From: an uncultured Bacteroidales bacterium
GTDB lineage: Bacteria > Bacteroidota > Bacteroidia > Bacteroidales > Paludibacteraceae
DNA: 64,000 nt
Reading direction: 5' to 3'
Assembly: GCA_934692905.1 (NCBI GenBank)
Contig: CAKUUM010000001.1
Coordinates: 27,997-91,996 of the forward strand
The notes beneath the pieces were generated by a model, which saw nothing but the letters and a program-made list of their open reading frames with translations, did not search any database and was not told the DNA's origin. A program made the translations under genes and the position numbers. Of this stretch, positions 1-8,950 are shown piece after piece; position 1 is the first letter of the stretch, and each line of letters opens with the position of its first letter.

Positions 1-2506
1 TGTCGAACTCTACGCGGCGGTTCTGTGCACGCCCTGCCTTGGTCTTGTTGTCAGCGATGGGCTTGTCGGGACCGTAGCCATGTGCGGTGAGCGAGGTGGC
101 GGGCACACCTTTCTTGATGAGGTAGTCGCGGACGGCCTGTGCACGGCGTTCGGAGAGGTCCACGTTGAACTTGTAGTTGCCGACATTGTCGGTATGTCCT
201 TGAACCTCAATGCGATATGTCGGGTTGTCGATGAAGGTCTTGGCAATCTGGTCGAGGAGTTTGTTGGACGACTTCTTGATGGTCGCCTTGCCGTTCTCGA
301 ACTGGATGCCTTGCATGGCTTTCTTGAGCAGGTTGCGCACCTCACGTTTCACTTCGGGGCAGCCCTTGTTTGCCTTGGAGCCAGGCACGGTGGGACACTC
401 GTCGAGGTAGTCGGGTACTCCGTCGCCGTCGGTGTCGAGTGGGCAGCCGCAGGTATCCACCCGCCCATACGCCTCTTTGGGTGTGCCCGGGCACTTGTCG
501 AGGTAGTCAGGCACTCCGTCGCCATCGGTGTCGAGCGGGCAGCCGAACTCGTCAATCAAGCCGTATGCCTCGGCAGGTGTGTTCGGGCAGCGGTCGATAT
601 AGTCGGGCACTCCGTCGCCGTCGGTGTCAAGGGGACAGCCAACCGAGTCCACAAAGCCCTGTGCGGCAGCAGGTGTGCCGGGGCATTGGTCGAGATAATC
701 CGGCACTCCGTCGCCGTCCGTATCCAACGGGCAGCCATCGGCATCCACGAAATCACGTGCCTTTACAGGTGTGTTGGGACACAGGTCGAGGTAGTCGGGC
801 ACACCATCGAGGTCGGAGTCGATGGGGCAGCCGACAGAATCCACCATGCCATACGCAGCAGAGGGTGTGTTGGGGCATTGGTCGAGGTAGTCGGGGATGC
901 CGTCGCCATCGGAGTCGATGGGGCAACCGAGGTCGTCCACGCGGACATTGGCAGGCGTGTTGGGGCACATATCCAGTTTGTCGAAGATGCCATCATGGTC
1001 AGAGTCTTTAGGCTTCTTGTTGGTGCCCCAGACGATGCTGAAACCTGCAACCAGATTCACTCCTTTTGAGCGATACGGGATATTGATGTCGCCAGCCGTC
1101 TCATCACGATAATATACATAAGACGTTGGTATGTAGTCCATTGCAAAGGTGAGGTTGATGCCATCGTAGGGCATAATGCTGATACCTGCGCCGAGGTTGC
1201 TGAACTTGCCATTGTTGACCAGCGAGTAACTGAGGGCGAGGTTGAACCAGTTGCATGGACGAAGGGCAGCACCCAGCGTGACTTCCTCGTAAAGGCGGTT
1301 GTCGTGCAAGCGGGTACTCGACAAAATGCCTACGCCTACGCGGTTGTCCCAGAAGTTGGCATCCACACCCACATTGAAACGCGCATTGACCATACGTGCA
1401 AAGCCTGCACGACCTGCATAGGTGGCATGTATGCCGTCCACAAGTCCCATGAGGTTGTTGGTCACGTCACTCATAAGGCTGTCGGTGCTGAATTGCCCGT
1501 CCACCACGTAGTCGCTGTAGTTGAAATCGCCCGCGCCCGTGAAAGTGGTGTCAATGGTGCAACCGTAGCGGCGACCATTGCCCCAATAGATGAAGCCGAG
1601 GTCGTTGATAGCAGCCGTAATCTGCACTTGCTCAATAGGTTTGTAGGTGAAACCAAGGTCGAAGGCTGCACCATAGCCGCTGGGGTGTAGAATGGTCTTC
1701 ACTATCTCAGCGGTATTGTCTGTCCCCATAAGGTCTTGCCACGGCGTATCTTCAAGGGTTTCCCGATTCAAGTCGTTTGGCAGGTTCTCCCATTGTATGG
1801 GGGCGGCTACGAACAGGTCGGCATTGCCGTAGAGGCGCCATTCTGAGGCAGAAGCGTCGATGTTCAAGTTGTTGGCTCCCAACCCTGCATAGGCTGTACC
1901 AAGCAGGAACTTTACCTTTCCGCCGACTGTCCATTGGTCGTTAATCTTGTGCGAATAGCCTGCACCAATCTCGGTGTAGATGGAGGCATCAAGCCCCAAT
2001 GGGGAAAGGCGGATATTATTGATGCCGCCCTCCAAGTCTTTCATTCCGCCTCCTAACGCGAAATCATATAATCCCCGCGGGGTGGTCAGTCCGCCTACTC
2101 CGCGCAGCATTGCATTGAAATGAAAATACCCGTTTTCGTTCACCCGAAACCCGAAGCCCAGCAGGTCGGTGGATAAGTCCGTATCCATCAAGGTTGCCTT
2201 GCGGAAAGTGCTGAGCAGGGCTTGTTTGTTGCCATTCGGGTGCAGGGCTGTGATGGGTTGCCCTGTCTGAGGGTCTATATATATAAGGTCTCGCAGCGTG
2301 AGAGAGTTGTTGCCAGCCCAAAAACCAGTGTAGCCCAGTGGCGAGAAATTGATGTACCCGTTGCTGACCGGCTGAAATGCAGGGTTCACGATGTGGCACA
2401 TAGGCGCATTCTCAAGGAAATAGAGCGTGGTGACCTGCTGTGCACTGATGGCGGCGGATGTTATCAGGAGTGCGAGAGTGAGTATGTGTCGGATGCTTTT
2501 TTTCAT
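1..2506 (-). CDS. OmpA-family outer-membrane protein: signal peptide, predicted beta-barrel region (PorP/SprF- or DUF5723-like, uncertain), 7 thrombospondin type-3 repeats and a C-terminal OmpA peptidoglycan-binding domain. The 3' end is cut by the window edge.
   Basis: Absent from the ORF track because this frame has no stop inside the window. My translation of the minus strand from ATG 2506..2504 gives MKKSIRHILTLALLITSAAISAQQ...NPAFQP.... It then shows 7x DxDxDG[IV]PDxLDxCPxTP and ends ...GHTDNVGNYKFNVDLSERRAQAVRDYL...GRAQNRRVEFD at nt 2. No listed minus-strand ORF uses this frame, which fits one long open frame. Confidence 0.85.
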   Translation of the reverse strand, partial: MKKSIRHILTLALLITSAAISAQQVTTLYFLENAPMCHIVNPAFQPVSNGYINFSPLGYTGFWAGNNSLTLRDLIYIDPQTGQPITALHPNGNKQALLSTFRKATLMDTDLSTDLLGFGFRVNENGYFHFNAMLRGVGGLTTPRGLYDFALGGGMKDLEGGINNIRLSPLGLDASIYTEIGAGYSHKINDQWTVGGKVKFLLGTAYAGLGANNLNIDASASEWRLYGNADLFVAAPIQWENLPNDLNRETLEDTPWQDLMGTDNTAEIVKTILHPSGYGAAFDLGFTYKPIEQVQITAAINDLGFIYWGNGRRYGCTIDTTFTGAGDFNYSDYVVDGQFSTDSLMSDVTNNLMGLVDGIHATYAGRAGFARMVNARFNVGVDANFWDNRVGVGILSSTRLHDNRLYEEVTLGAALRPCNWFNLALSYSLVNNGKFSNLGAGISIMPYDGINLTFAMDYIPTSYVYYRDETAGDINIPYRSKGVNLVAGFSIVWGTNKKPKDSDHDGIFDKLDMCPNTPANVRVDDLGCPIDSDGDGIPDYLDQCPNTPSAAYGMVDSVGCPIDSDLDGVPDYLDLCPNTPVKARDFVDADGCPLDTDGDGVPDYLDQCPGTPAAAQGFVDSVGCPLDTDGDGVPDYIDRCPNTPAEAYGLIDEFGCPLDTDGDGVPDYLDKCPGTPKEAYGRVDTCGCPLDTDGDGVPDYLDECPTVPGSKANKGCPEVKREVRNLLKKAMQGIQFENGKATIKKSSNKLLDQIAKTFIDNPTYRIEVQGHTDNVGNYKFNVDLSERRAQAVRDYLIKKGVPATSLTAHGYGPDKPIADNKTKAGRAQNRRVEFD
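385..1010 (-). repeat. Coding tandem repeat: 7 thrombospondin type-3 (Ca-binding) repeats inside the OmpA-family gene
   Basis: Repeated DSDGDGIPDYLDQCPNTP / DTDGDGVPDYLDxCPGTP units in my translation. The repetitive DNA also produces long spurious ORFs on the plus strand. Confidence 0.8.
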
Positions 2507-2525
2507 TGTTGTTCTCTCCTAATCA

Positions 2526-4415
2526 TTATTTGTTAGTACCATTGGCTATACTGTCCAAAGTGCCGAAATCGAATATAGCCCCTACTTTTGCCGTGATGCC
2601 GATATTCACACTAAGGGAAGCATCTTCTGTCAGCCTGGTGTTGAAATTACCTTTCTCAAAAGCGTAATCCAATGATTTATTGTCTATAGTAGCATCAAAG
2701 ACAATGCTCTTGATGTGCGACAACATATCAAACTTTTCTTGGTTGACAGATATGACCTCGATGTGTTCATACGGTTTGATAATGCCCCATGCGCCATTCT
2801 CATAGGCGAATGCCGGCGGCTCGATGGCAATGGTGTCCGATGCGGTCAGACGGAGCGGGGCACCTGTAGCCGGGTCTATGACGTCCTGCCCGTTTTCGTC
2901 TATGGCGCGGAAGACACCACGCATGCCTAACTGGATGGTATTCTGCAACTTGACAAACAATTTCAGTTCGCTTGTCTTCAATGTGTCCAAGTGCTCCACA
3001 GACTCAAGCAATGAGTCCAATGTAAGAGTACTCATATCAATGCCGCGTATTGTATCGGCGTATTGCAGAGCCATATTCTCTTTGAAGATAAAGGGCAACG
3101 TGTAATCCACACTGAAATGCACACTCGTATAAGGCGTGATACGCACTTGCGGAGTCTCCTGCTGGTTGAAATCCATGTGGTATTTATAGCCGACATAGTC
3201 GGGACGCACATTGAAAGCCTGGTCCAAGTGTCCGTGTCCCTCTGTCTCGTCAAATGTGAGTGACATGGTTGCAGAGTCCCCTATCTGACTATCCAATGAC
3301 AGGTATTGCCCTTTCTTGAAATAGTACGGTTTGTATTCGCTGCCCAATTCCACCTCCTGACGCTTGCCAGAAGTCTCTTGGACATAAAGATAGTCCCCGT
3401 AAATCCTTAATGCGCCAGCCACACGAGTGGTGATGTTGACGTCTGCACGGGGTTTGGCGAAGGGCAGGGTGGCCTGTTTGAACTTGTGCCACGTCTCCCA
3501 CTCATCGCCAATGGCTATTACGTCCTCATCGCGCATATCCCCTGAGGGCTCAAACATACCCCAAATGGCATAATAGTCAATGAACTGAACATTCAAAGTG
3601 TAGTCAAACGCCGCATCATCAGGCACATACACCTCACCTGCCGATGTAGGAATGGTAACGTGGAAGTTGATATGGAAATCGCATGAGTCTATCACATTGT
3701 TCTCATACTCAGACCAACGGTTAGGATATTTGTTCTTCATCAGACAAATGGAAAACTCATCCACTCCGATGGGAATGTCGCTTCCGTATCCGTATTGGCT
3801 GTCGCTGCTACGTTGTTTGTCGTAAACGGTTATTTCGTTGCCTTGCGGACGGGTGAAAGCATCGCCCAAGTCAATAGTAACACGGTCTATCCATTCCCAT
3901 TGGATAGGCAGATTACTATTTCTCTCTATTGTACTGATAAAGCGGGCGTTCTGTATCAAGGCACTGTCCAAGCGCTCGTGCGATACATCTTGGTTGATGC
4001 CATTCAGTTTCAGCGTCATAGGGAACGTCAGTACTATGGGGTTTCCTGTGCCTGTAATCTTGTGGTCTGACATAACAGGCTTGTCTTTCAGGCAGTTGTA
4101 CACGTTCATGGTCAGCATATCCTTACTGATATACTGACTCAAATCCACATCATGGTAGGTCAGAACTTTATCGTAGTTGCCTTTGTAGGTGAATACACCT
4201 TTGTTGTCCATGGAATCAACGTATAGCCCTTGTACCTGATTTCCGCCCAAGAAATCCCCTATTGTGGCATGTATCGTACCCACCGGCAACGCCAAGCCGA
4301 AATCCAACTCTGTGGTCAAGTCCGTGTCGTTGATATACAACTTATCCTGCTTGCAACCAAACAACATCGCTATGCACAGCAACGCCGCCCATAGTTTGAT
4401 ATATGAATGTCTCAT
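2526..4415 (-). CDS. Large lipoprotein of unknown function (629 aa), probably co-transcribed with the downstream OmpA-family gene
   Basis: N-terminus MRHSYIKLWAALLCIAMLFGC carries a lipobox (LFG|C). Only a 19-nt gap separates it from the next gene. I recognise no family. Confidence 0.8.
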   Translation of the reverse strand: MRHSYIKLWAALLCIAMLFGCKQDKLYINDTDLTTELDFGLALPVGTIHATIGDFLGGNQVQGLYVDSMDNKGVFTYKGNYDKVLTYHDVDLSQYISKDMLTMNVYNCLKDKPVMSDHKITGTGNPIVLTFPMTLKLNGINQDVSHERLDSALIQNARFISTIERNSNLPIQWEWIDRVTIDLGDAFTRPQGNEITVYDKQRSSDSQYGYGSDIPIGVDEFSICLMKNKYPNRWSEYENNVIDSCDFHINFHVTIPTSAGEVYVPDDAAFDYTLNVQFIDYYAIWGMFEPSGDMRDEDVIAIGDEWETWHKFKQATLPFAKPRADVNITTRVAGALRIYGDYLYVQETSGKRQEVELGSEYKPYYFKKGQYLSLDSQIGDSATMSLTFDETEGHGHLDQAFNVRPDYVGYKYHMDFNQQETPQVRITPYTSVHFSVDYTLPFIFKENMALQYADTIRGIDMSTLTLDSLLESVEHLDTLKTSELKLFVKLQNTIQLGMRGVFRAIDENGQDVIDPATGAPLRLTASDTIAIEPPAFAYENGAWGIIKPYEHIEVISVNQEKFDMLSHIKSIVFDATIDNKSLDYAFEKGNFNTRLTEDASLSVNIGITAKVGAIFDFGTLDSIANGTNK

Positions 4416-4467
4416 GCCGTTTTTTATTATTCCAGTAACACAATCCGTTAGTGCATATTTTAGCCCA

Positions 4468-4499
4468 CAAAGGTACGCTTTTTTAGCGGAATATGCAAT
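4468..4499 (-). promoter_or_regulatory. Bacteroidetes-type promoter for the lipoprotein/OmpA operon
   Basis: On the minus strand, TACCTTTG (-7 box, plus-strand caaaggta 4468..4475) lies about 20 bp from an ATTG/TTTG-like -33 box. Confidence 0.45.
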
Positions 4500-4502
4500 A
4501 GG

Positions 4503-5900
4503 TTATCCTTTTTTCAGCATATATACACATTCCGATGCACGTGTCACGGCTGTGTAGAGCCATCGGAGATAGTCGACGGTGTGTTGCTCGGGGGGGACGT
4601 TTCCTGTGTCGATAAATACCCGTTTCCACTGTCCGCCCTGCGCCTTGTGGCACGTGACGGCATACGCAAAACGGACTTGCAATGCGTTGTAGTAGGGTGA
4701 TTTGTAGATAGCCTCCGTCAGTTTCCGCCTGTTGCGTTGCAGTTCTGGATAATCCTCTGATATTCCGACATATAGCGTCTTTTGCAGTTCGTAGTTTGAT
4801 TCCGGCGAGTCTGTATGGAGAGTGTCCAACCACAAGATGACGTCTATCTCCCAATCGTAGTCCAATGCGCGGAGTGAGGCATCCGCGAAGTGAAATCCAT
4901 ACATCTCTCTCTCGTTGCGAAGACGAATGATTTCCATCATATCCCCATTGGCGAGAAAAGGAAGTCCTTCATACTGCTCTGTCCAGAAATAGTTGTTTTT
5001 GCTCACCATGAGCCGGTCGCCGGTTGATATTTCGTCCTCTTTCCAGAGGATGCGCCCGCGCACGCCCTGGTTATATAGATTGGTCCTGCGATTGGTGCGT
5101 GTCAGAATGATGGTCTCTTCTTCCCCCACTTCGCGGTAGGCGCGTTCCAGTTCCTCCAAGAAGTCCTGTCCTGCTAACTCTTGAAAGTCAGCACTATAGA
5201 GCCAATGCTCTTCGGTATCTATGCCCTCGGACAGTTGTTCCCTGAGGCGTGTGGCATTTGCCAAGATGCCGCTGTCGAGGGCTTGACGTGCCACCCCGGT
5301 CAGCGTGTATGTGGTGATGTCCAAGCCGTATCCTGCCATGTATTGCGGGTCCAAAGCAGGTGATAATGAGGAACCTACGGGTGGTAGTTGGGCGTCATCG
5401 CCCAAAAGAAGGAGGCGGCACCCCTCGCCCGCATAAACGTAACTCACCAAATCATCCAACAACATTCCTGTGCCGAAAGCCGATGTGTCGCGTTGCCCCG
5501 AAATCATGGATGCCTCATCTACAATAAATAAGGTGCGCTTGCGCAGATTGTTCGCCAATGTGAAGTCCTCCACACCCAACAGGCGTTGGCGGTAGATGCA
5601 CTTGTGTATGGTGTATGCGGGTTTGCCTGCGTAGCGGGATAAGACTTTGGCGGCTCGTCCCGTGGGTGCCAACAGTATGACGGGCTGCTTGAGTTCGTCC
5701 ATCGCCCGCACCAATGCCGCCATAATACTCGTTTTGCCTGTTCCCGCATATCCCCGGAGGATAAAAGCGGGGCGTTTTTCGCTCTGTGTGTCGTGGCAAA
5801 TAACGAATTGTGACAATAGCGCCAATAACCGCTTCTGCCCCTCGTTGGGAATGAACGGCAAAGCCTGCAGGATTCTATTTTCTATAAATTTCTCTATCAA
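4503..5900 (-). CDS. RecD/TraA-like SF1 ATP-dependent DNA helicase (AAA_30 + UvrD_C_2 type)
   Basis: Walker A GYAGTGKTS, DEASM (Walker B) and the C-terminal YAVTCHKAQGGQW motif typical of RecD-like helicases. Length 465 aa. Confidence 0.9.
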   Translation of the reverse strand: MIEKFIENRILQALPFIPNEGQKRLLALLSQFVICHDTQSEKRPAFILRGYAGTGKTSIMAALVRAMDELKQPVILLAPTGRAAKVLSRYAGKPAYTIHKCIYRQRLLGVEDFTLANNLRKRTLFIVDEASMISGQRDTSAFGTGMLLDDLVSYVYAGEGCRLLLLGDDAQLPPVGSSLSPALDPQYMAGYGLDITTYTLTGVARQALDSGILANATRLREQLSEGIDTEEHWLYSADFQELAGQDFLEELERAYREVGEEETIILTRTNRRTNLYNQGVRGRILWKEDEISTGDRLMVSKNNYFWTEQYEGLPFLANGDMMEIIRLRNEREMYGFHFADASLRALDYDWEIDVILWLDTLHTDSPESNYELQKTLYVGISEDYPELQRNRRKLTEAIYKSPYYNALQVRFAYAVTCHKAQGGQWKRVFIDTGNVPPEQHTVDYLRWLYTAVTRASECVYMLKKG

Positions 5901-5912
5901 AACTACGAATTA

Positions 5913-5944
5913 TTTGGTTGTTCCGTTTTTTTGTTGTATCTTTG
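5913..5944 (+). promoter_or_regulatory. Promoter of the SRP RNA gene
   Basis: TTTG (5913..5916), a 20-bp spacer, then TATCTTTG (5937..5944). This matches the Bacteroides sigma-A consensus TTTG-N19-21-TAnnTTTG. Confidence 0.55.
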
Positions 5945-5960
5945 CAGTCCATTTGTATAG

Positions 5961-6056
5961 GGTAAGTCCTACACGACCAGCTCCCTCCGAACTCCCCCAG
6001 GTCTTGACCGAAGCAAGGGTACGAGGTTGTAGCGGTGCGATGTAGATAGCTTACCC
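5961..6056 (+). ncRNA. ffs: Signal recognition particle RNA (small bacterial 4.5S type)
   Basis: No ORF. The sequence forms a long imperfect hairpin with closing helix GGTAAG...CTTACC. The apical region CCCCAGGUC-UUGACC-GAAGCAAGGG keeps the helix-8 motif CAGG-UC...GA-AGCA seen in E. coli 4.5S RNA. A T-run follows the closing helix, and the gene has its own promoter. Confidence 0.7.
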
Positions 6057-6128
6057 TTTTTGTGTCTGTATCCCTTGTCTGCTGTTTGTGAAGGGGGGGA
6101 TTGTGTATTGTTTTGTAAATCCACGCTG

Positions 6129-6160
6129 CAAAGTTATAATAAATTTTGCGAAGAAACAAG
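6129..6160 (-). promoter_or_regulatory. Candidate minus-strand promoter upstream of the helicase gene, lying beyond the SRP RNA gene
   Basis: Minus-strand TAACTTTG (plus-strand caaagtta 6129..6136) with CTTG about 20 bp upstream. I found no TAnnTTTG box between 5900 and 5960. Confidence 0.35.
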
Positions 6161-6189
6161 ATGTGAGTGAACAATTCATGGTTGGTAGC

Positions 6190-6227
6190 AAAAGAATAGA
6201 GACTGCCCCAACCACAGGACAGTCTCT
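6190..6227 (-). terminator. Intrinsic terminator after the 6426..7871 ORF
   Basis: 8-bp stem agagactg/cagtctct (6198..6205 / 6220..6227), followed on the minus strand by ATTCTTTTG. Confidence 0.5.
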
Positions 6228-6320
6228 TCCCCCTTACTGGGCTCAAAACTATTAATCCAAAAATAACTTTGGATGACTCGCTTCACAGCGAGGTGTCTCC
6301 GAGATGGAGACGTGTTGTTT

Positions 6321-6383
6321 CTCCATTAATGACCATAAAACATTGAGGAACATGTAATTACCCGTGTAATTAACCATTAATTT
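6321..6383 (+). repeat. AT-rich dispersed element (the 'ccattaat / taattaaccattaat' family), 63-bp form
   Basis: ctccattaatgaccataaaacattgaggaacatgtaattacccgtgtaattaaccattaattt is near-identical in architecture to 42383..42445. Its 3' half also matches 48806..48839, 18366..18403 and, inverted, 49338..49513. Confidence 0.8.
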
Positions 6384-6425
6384 TTGCTCTGACAATAGCC
6401 ATTGGGTCATTAACTAGCCTTCATA

Positions 6426-7871
6426 TTACTCAATCACTTGACCTTGGGCATTGTAACGAGTGCCGTCAATTGTGATAACCAGTTGACCGTTTTCGATTGT
6501 CTTGATAATGTTCTGTGCTTTATTGGCAGCATCCTGTATGTTTGTGGTAGTGCCGTTGCAGATAGTAGCATAGTCGGAGATAGTTGATTCCTTGTAAGTT
6601 ACAGAGATGGCTTGGAATTGGTCATTTCCACTTGTACCGTCCTCTGTTAAAACAACTTCTTTTGCCGAGCCTTCCCGAATATTGTTGGCATTGTCCCATT
6701 TCTCAACATTCGAAGTAAGGGAATTTTCTTTGTTCAGTTTACCTTTGTCATTCTTACTGAAAGTAATTTCTACTTTGGACATTGTAGCCACAGATGAGAT
6801 AGTTAGTGTGCCTTTTGCATAAAGACGGATAGCCGTACCCGAAGTATAGTATTTTGGCTCGTTTTGGGCTTTTGCTTTGGCAAATGTGCAACTTACGTTA
6901 TCATCAATAGCAATTTTTATACCATCAAAACTTTGCCCGTTACTATACTCTTGTTCGCTGAAGTCAATGGTGGCGGTAGTGCTTTCGGTGCTCTCTGCAA
7001 CTAATGCAAAAACTGCGTAGTAGGTGACATCTGTGGTCGGTATGGTGGAAGAAGTTACCCATTTGATGTCGGTGCCGTCTGCATTAACTGTTGACTCCAT
7101 AGCCCAACCAATGAAAGTTTTGGCAGAGCAAGTGCTCGGGACTTCAGGGGTAGCAGGCAATACAACTGCCTCACCATCAATCACCTCTGTAGTGGCTGTT
7201 ACTTTGCCGTTTACACTCCAAGAAATAAGGTTTGCAAGTAGAATCTCGCTACTCAAAGATACAACGACACTCTTCTTGCCACTTGTTAGTGTCAAAGTTG
7301 CCGTGTTTTCGCCCAACGCTTCCATGTCCGGGGTAACGATAATATCGCCACCAGTAGCAGGCAATGTGGTCTTATCCACTATAAATGCGGCTTTGTCGGA
7401 GAGCGTAATGGTGATGTCCTCGGTTAGGTTTTTGCCCGTTACGGTAATCGTTTTCTTGGGTGCTGTGGCATACATTGAGATACTGCCGAAATCAATAGCA
7501 TCTTTAAGGACAGTCAGAACAGGATTGGTATTCTCCGTCCATTTGACGATAGTGCTACCTTCTCCTATTTGCGGTTGATTATAGGTCGACATTGTGCCTT
7601 TTACGACCACTTTGTCCCCCTCTACCAGAGTCAATATATCTTCCAAACCGGACGCTGCATCTGCCGTTCCCTTATATACGTACAGAGTATTTGTGCCATC
7701 GGTAATGGTATAATTGGTAGTGCCACTTGATGCGTATGGTGTTGCCTCGGTTACAGTTCCTGCCACATAGATGTCAGCGGCTGCACCTTTATCCGCATAG
7801 AGTTTCAAAGCCTCGGTCGTAGAATAAGGCAGGTCAGCAGTGCTCTTGTGAAAGCACATAGTCTGTATCAA
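6426..7871 (-). CDS. Surface/secreted repeat protein fragment with an OB-fold-like N-terminal segment and a Listeria-Bacteroides (InlB B-repeat) type domain. It has no signal peptide, so it is probably the 3' part of a disrupted gene.
   Basis: The ORF starts at a TTG right after a stop in its frame. WSVNGKVTATTEVIDGEAVVLPATPEVPSTCSAKTFIGWA...DVTYYAVFA fits the List-Bact repeat pattern. The C-terminus is ...ENGQLVITIDGTRYNAQGQVIE. Confidence 0.55.
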   Translation of the reverse strand: MIQTMCFHKSTADLPYSTTEALKLYADKGAAADIYVAGTVTEATPYASSGTTNYTITDGTNTLYVYKGTADAASGLEDILTLVEGDKVVVKGTMSTYNQPQIGEGSTIVKWTENTNPVLTVLKDAIDFGSISMYATAPKKTITVTGKNLTEDITITLSDKAAFIVDKTTLPATGGDIIVTPDMEALGENTATLTLTSGKKSVVVSLSSEILLANLISWSVNGKVTATTEVIDGEAVVLPATPEVPSTCSAKTFIGWAMESTVNADGTDIKWVTSSTIPTTDVTYYAVFALVAESTESTTATIDFSEQEYSNGQSFDGIKIAIDDNVSCTFAKAKAQNEPKYYTSGTAIRLYAKGTLTISSVATMSKVEITFSKNDKGKLNKENSLTSNVEKWDNANNIREGSAKEVVLTEDGTSGNDQFQAISVTYKESTISDYATICNGTTTNIQDAANKAQNIIKTIENGQLVITIDGTRYNAQGQVIE

Positions 7872-8697
7872 GTTCCAAATTCTGCTTGGCTCTTATCCAT
7901 ACCGACTGCGCATACGTATATCCTGCATCGGGTTGTTTGCTTTTACCGATGTATATTTCATTTCCTGTGCCACCGTCATAGTCTTTTACTACTCTGGCAG
8001 CGTAGCAGTCGCCGTAAGCAAAGATGTTGGCTGTGCTACTTCCATCGGAGTTAAGCACGAGGTTTCTCCCGCCTATCTGCAAGTTGTCGAGTGCTGCTTT
8101 TGCGGCACTGGCAGAGACCTTGTCGGCATAGGCATTGGCTACCTCGTCCGCTTTGGTTGAGATAGCATTGAGTGCCGTTGTACGTGCGGTATAGTATGCT
8201 GTCTGCTTTGTGGAGAAATCCGCGGGTATAGCGATATTCTCGGGATTGTTTGCGGACAATGTTACCAAAACGGCACGGTAGTTTGTATGGGCGGTGTTGA
8301 AAGCAGTAGGGGTGCCTAAATACTCGGCAGTTATCTGCGACTTGTCAGCGTCTATACGTGCTATCTCGTCTTTGATACCCTGTTTCTCCACGGGGCTTAT
8401 CACTCCGTCGGCAGCCCAGTTGTTCAGACGCGTGGTTGCGGCGTCTGCCACAGACTTCGCACTATTGGCAGCAGACTTCGCATTGGCAGCGTCAGTAACT
8501 GCTTTGTCCGCCGTGGTCTTGATACTATCGGAGTACTTATTGGCAGCGTCTGCAATAGCATTGACAAGCACCTGCCTTGCGGAGTAGTACGCCGTTATCT
8601 TGTTCCATGAATACTGATTGTCGTGTCCGTGATAATGGCAATATAGCCGTTTTGGGCATTGCTCTCCGTGGTGTAGTAGGTGAGTGCCTTGACACAA
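7834..8697 (-). pseudogene. Phage tail-fibre / host-specificity-like gene fragment (middle piece, different frame from both neighbours)
   Basis: NNWAADGVISPVEKQGIKDEIARIDADKSQI and LQIGGRNLVLNSDG are typical tail-fibre motifs. The first ~30 residues of the listed ORF are out-of-frame read-through of the upstream fragment. There is no start context and no signal peptide. Confidence 0.55.
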
Positions 8698-8950
8698 GCA
8701 TTATAGGCTGTGATGTAGGCGTTTTGGTTCACACTTGCGTACCATTTCTGTGCCTCACCACCTTTGCCGTCCGTACCGACTAATTGTATCTTCTCCTGCT
8801 TGATGTTCTCTAACTCAACTGCAAGCGATTTCATTTCGCTGATATACACCCGCCCGTCTTTGTTCACCTCTGCGAGATTGGTGAGGGCTTGTGTAGCGTC
8901 CGCCTGCACTGCGTCTGCGGCTTTCTTGGCATTATCCGCTGTTGTCTTTG
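8595..8950 (-). pseudogene. Phage tail-fibre-like gene fragment (5' piece), beginning abruptly at the junction with the truncated Fic-like ORF
   Basis: The meaningful translation starts about TTADNAKKAADAVQADATQALTNLAEV.... Everything upstream in this frame is the out-of-frame Fic-like ORF. It ends at a stop at 8595 one frame away from the next fragment. Confidence 0.5.

Noticed and set aside
80-1069. 329-aa plus-strand ORF, plus several 60-210-aa ORFs between 10 and 1112
   Set aside because: These are shadow ORFs opposite the TSP3/OmpA coding frame. Their translations are low-complexity (V/G/H/R-rich) repeats generated by the repetitive DNA, whereas the minus strand encodes clear TSP3 and OmpA signatures.
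6426-6500. T9SS C-terminal sorting domain at the end of the 481-aa ORF
   Set aside because: The ...ENGQLVITIDGTRYNAQGQVIE tail is only a short beta-hairpin-like motif. It does not show the full PNP...GxY...K-type pattern seen in the clear CTD at 62568..62800, so the question is left unassigned.
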